Origin: Vulcanimicrobiota bacterium | GTDB lineage: Bacteria; Vulcanimicrobiota; Vulcanimicrobiia; Vulcanimicrobiales; Vulcanimicrobiaceae | Reading direction: 5' to 3' | Assembly (NCBI GenBank): GCA_963723515.1 | Contig: CAVRQT010000003.1 | Coordinates: 224,001 to 288,000 of the forward strand | DNA length: 64,000 bases | In this document: positions 63,117 through 64,000 of the stretch, one piece after another | Position numbering within the stretch: the first letter of the stretch is position 1 | Layout: each line of letters starts with the position of its first letter | Position numbers and translations under genes: made by a program | The notes under the pieces: model-generated | Seen by the model: the letters and a program-made list of their open reading frames with translations, nothing else | The model's database searches: none | What the model was told of the DNA's origin: nothing

Positions 63117-63141
63117 GCGCTTGGAGCGGAGCGCCTTCCAA

Positions 63142-63489
63142 ATGAACAAGCAGCGCATGGAGCGGATCGACCACGAGATCCAGCGCGTGGTAGGAACGCT
63201 GATTTCTCGCCAACTCAAGGATCCACGGCTGGGCTTTGCGACCGTCACGCGCGTTGAAACGACGCCGGATCTGCGCAGCGCGCGGGTCTTCGTCTCGGTT
63301 ATCGGTGACCGTCATGGCGCGCGTCAGACGATGGATACGCTCGCGCATGCGGCAAAGTTTTTGCGCGGTGAGCTCGGCCACCAAATCGCGTTGCGTTATG
63401 TTCCTGAGTTGATCTTCGTTGAAGATCGGACGACCGAACGCGCGATTGCCGTCAGCAAGGCGATTCGCGACGCGCAGGACAGCCTGTGA
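63142..63489 (+). CDS. rbfA: 30S ribosome-binding factor A
   Basis: R.ERI...IQR, KDPRL..TVT.V..T.DL..A.VFVS, LR.VPEL.F..D. Confidence 0.96.
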   Translation: MNKQRMERIDHEIQRVVGTLISRQLKDPRLGFATVTRVETTPDLRSARVFVSVIGDRHGARQTMDTLAHAAKFLRGELGHQIALRYVPELIFVEDRTTERAIAVSKAIRDAQDSL

Positions 63490-64000
63490 TCGAGCAAAGC
63501 GTTAAGCCCTCGAACACAACGGCCGAAATCATCGCCGAGTTAGGTCGGCGCTCGACCTTCGTCATGGTCAGCCATGTTCGGCCCGATGGCGATACGCTGG
63601 GCGCTGGACTCGCCCTCGGAATCGCGCTCACCCGTCTGGGAAAACGCGTCCATTACTTTCAGCAAGATCCGGTGCCGCGCAATTTGCGGTATCTGCCGAG
63701 TGCGCAAGCCGTTTCGCGCAGCATCCCGGACGATCTGCCGGCGGATACGCTCTGGTGCTTCTATGATATGAGCGACACCGCTCGGGCAGGTGAGTTTTTG
63801 CCGCCCATTGCGCGCGAAAACACGCTCAACATCGACCACCATCTCGGCAACGCGCGATTCGGAAAGTGGAACTACGTGATCGAGACGGAGTGCTCGACCG
63901 GCACATGCGTGATGCGCCTGTTGCGCGCCATGAACGTGCCGATCGATCAGGAGATCGCCACCTGTGTTCTGACGACGATCATGACGGATACCGGCGGCTT
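63486..64000 (+). CDS. DHH-family phosphoesterase (NrnA-like), truncated by the window end
   Basis: GTG 63486 reads ...SHVRPDGDTLG...NIDHH..N...TDTG. Confidence 0.9.
   Translation, partial: MIEQSVKPSNTTAEIIAELGRRSTFVMVSHVRPDGDTLGAGLALGIALTRLGKRVHYFQQDPVPRNLRYLPSAQAVSRSIPDDLPADTLWCFYDMSDTARAGEFLPPIARENTLNIDHHLGNARFGKWNYVIETECSTGTCVMRLLRAMNVPIDQEIATCVLTTIMTDTGG

Overview
GC-rich bacterial chromosomal window made mostly of housekeeping genes. Gene order is Terrabacteria/Firmicutes-like (smpB-tilS-hpt-ftsH; 3D/G5 protein-rsmA; accC-nusB-xseAB-tlyA-nadK; rimP-nusA-ylxR-infB-rbfA-nrnA) and there is a Gram-positive-type LexA box. Diderm envelope genes are also present (beta-barrel porin, ExbB/ExbD/TonB cluster, BON protein). 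A diderm Terrabacteria lineage such as Ca. Eremiobacterota is a plausible inference, not shown. About 20 apparent single-base frameshifts, including in serS and accC, look like read or assembly indels. Main signals missed by the ORF track: (1) a UGA-recoded UxxC thioredoxin-TPR selenoprotein with a clear SECIS hairpin; (2) a LexA-boxed leaderless operon starting with a catalytically degenerate RNase H-like protein followed by mpg; (3) a BCCP/AccB-like module lacking the biotin lysine, in frame with FolK and upstream of accC; (4) a standalone ~215-nt structured RNA with its own promoter and terminator; (5) a divergent c-di-AMP-like riboswitch candidate; (6) CTG starts, including an Arg/Gln-rich Rho extension; (7) a channel with a TTGGGE filter; (8) a MITE-like palindrome and a covarying REP-like repeat family. 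No CRISPR array, rRNA or tRNA was seen.
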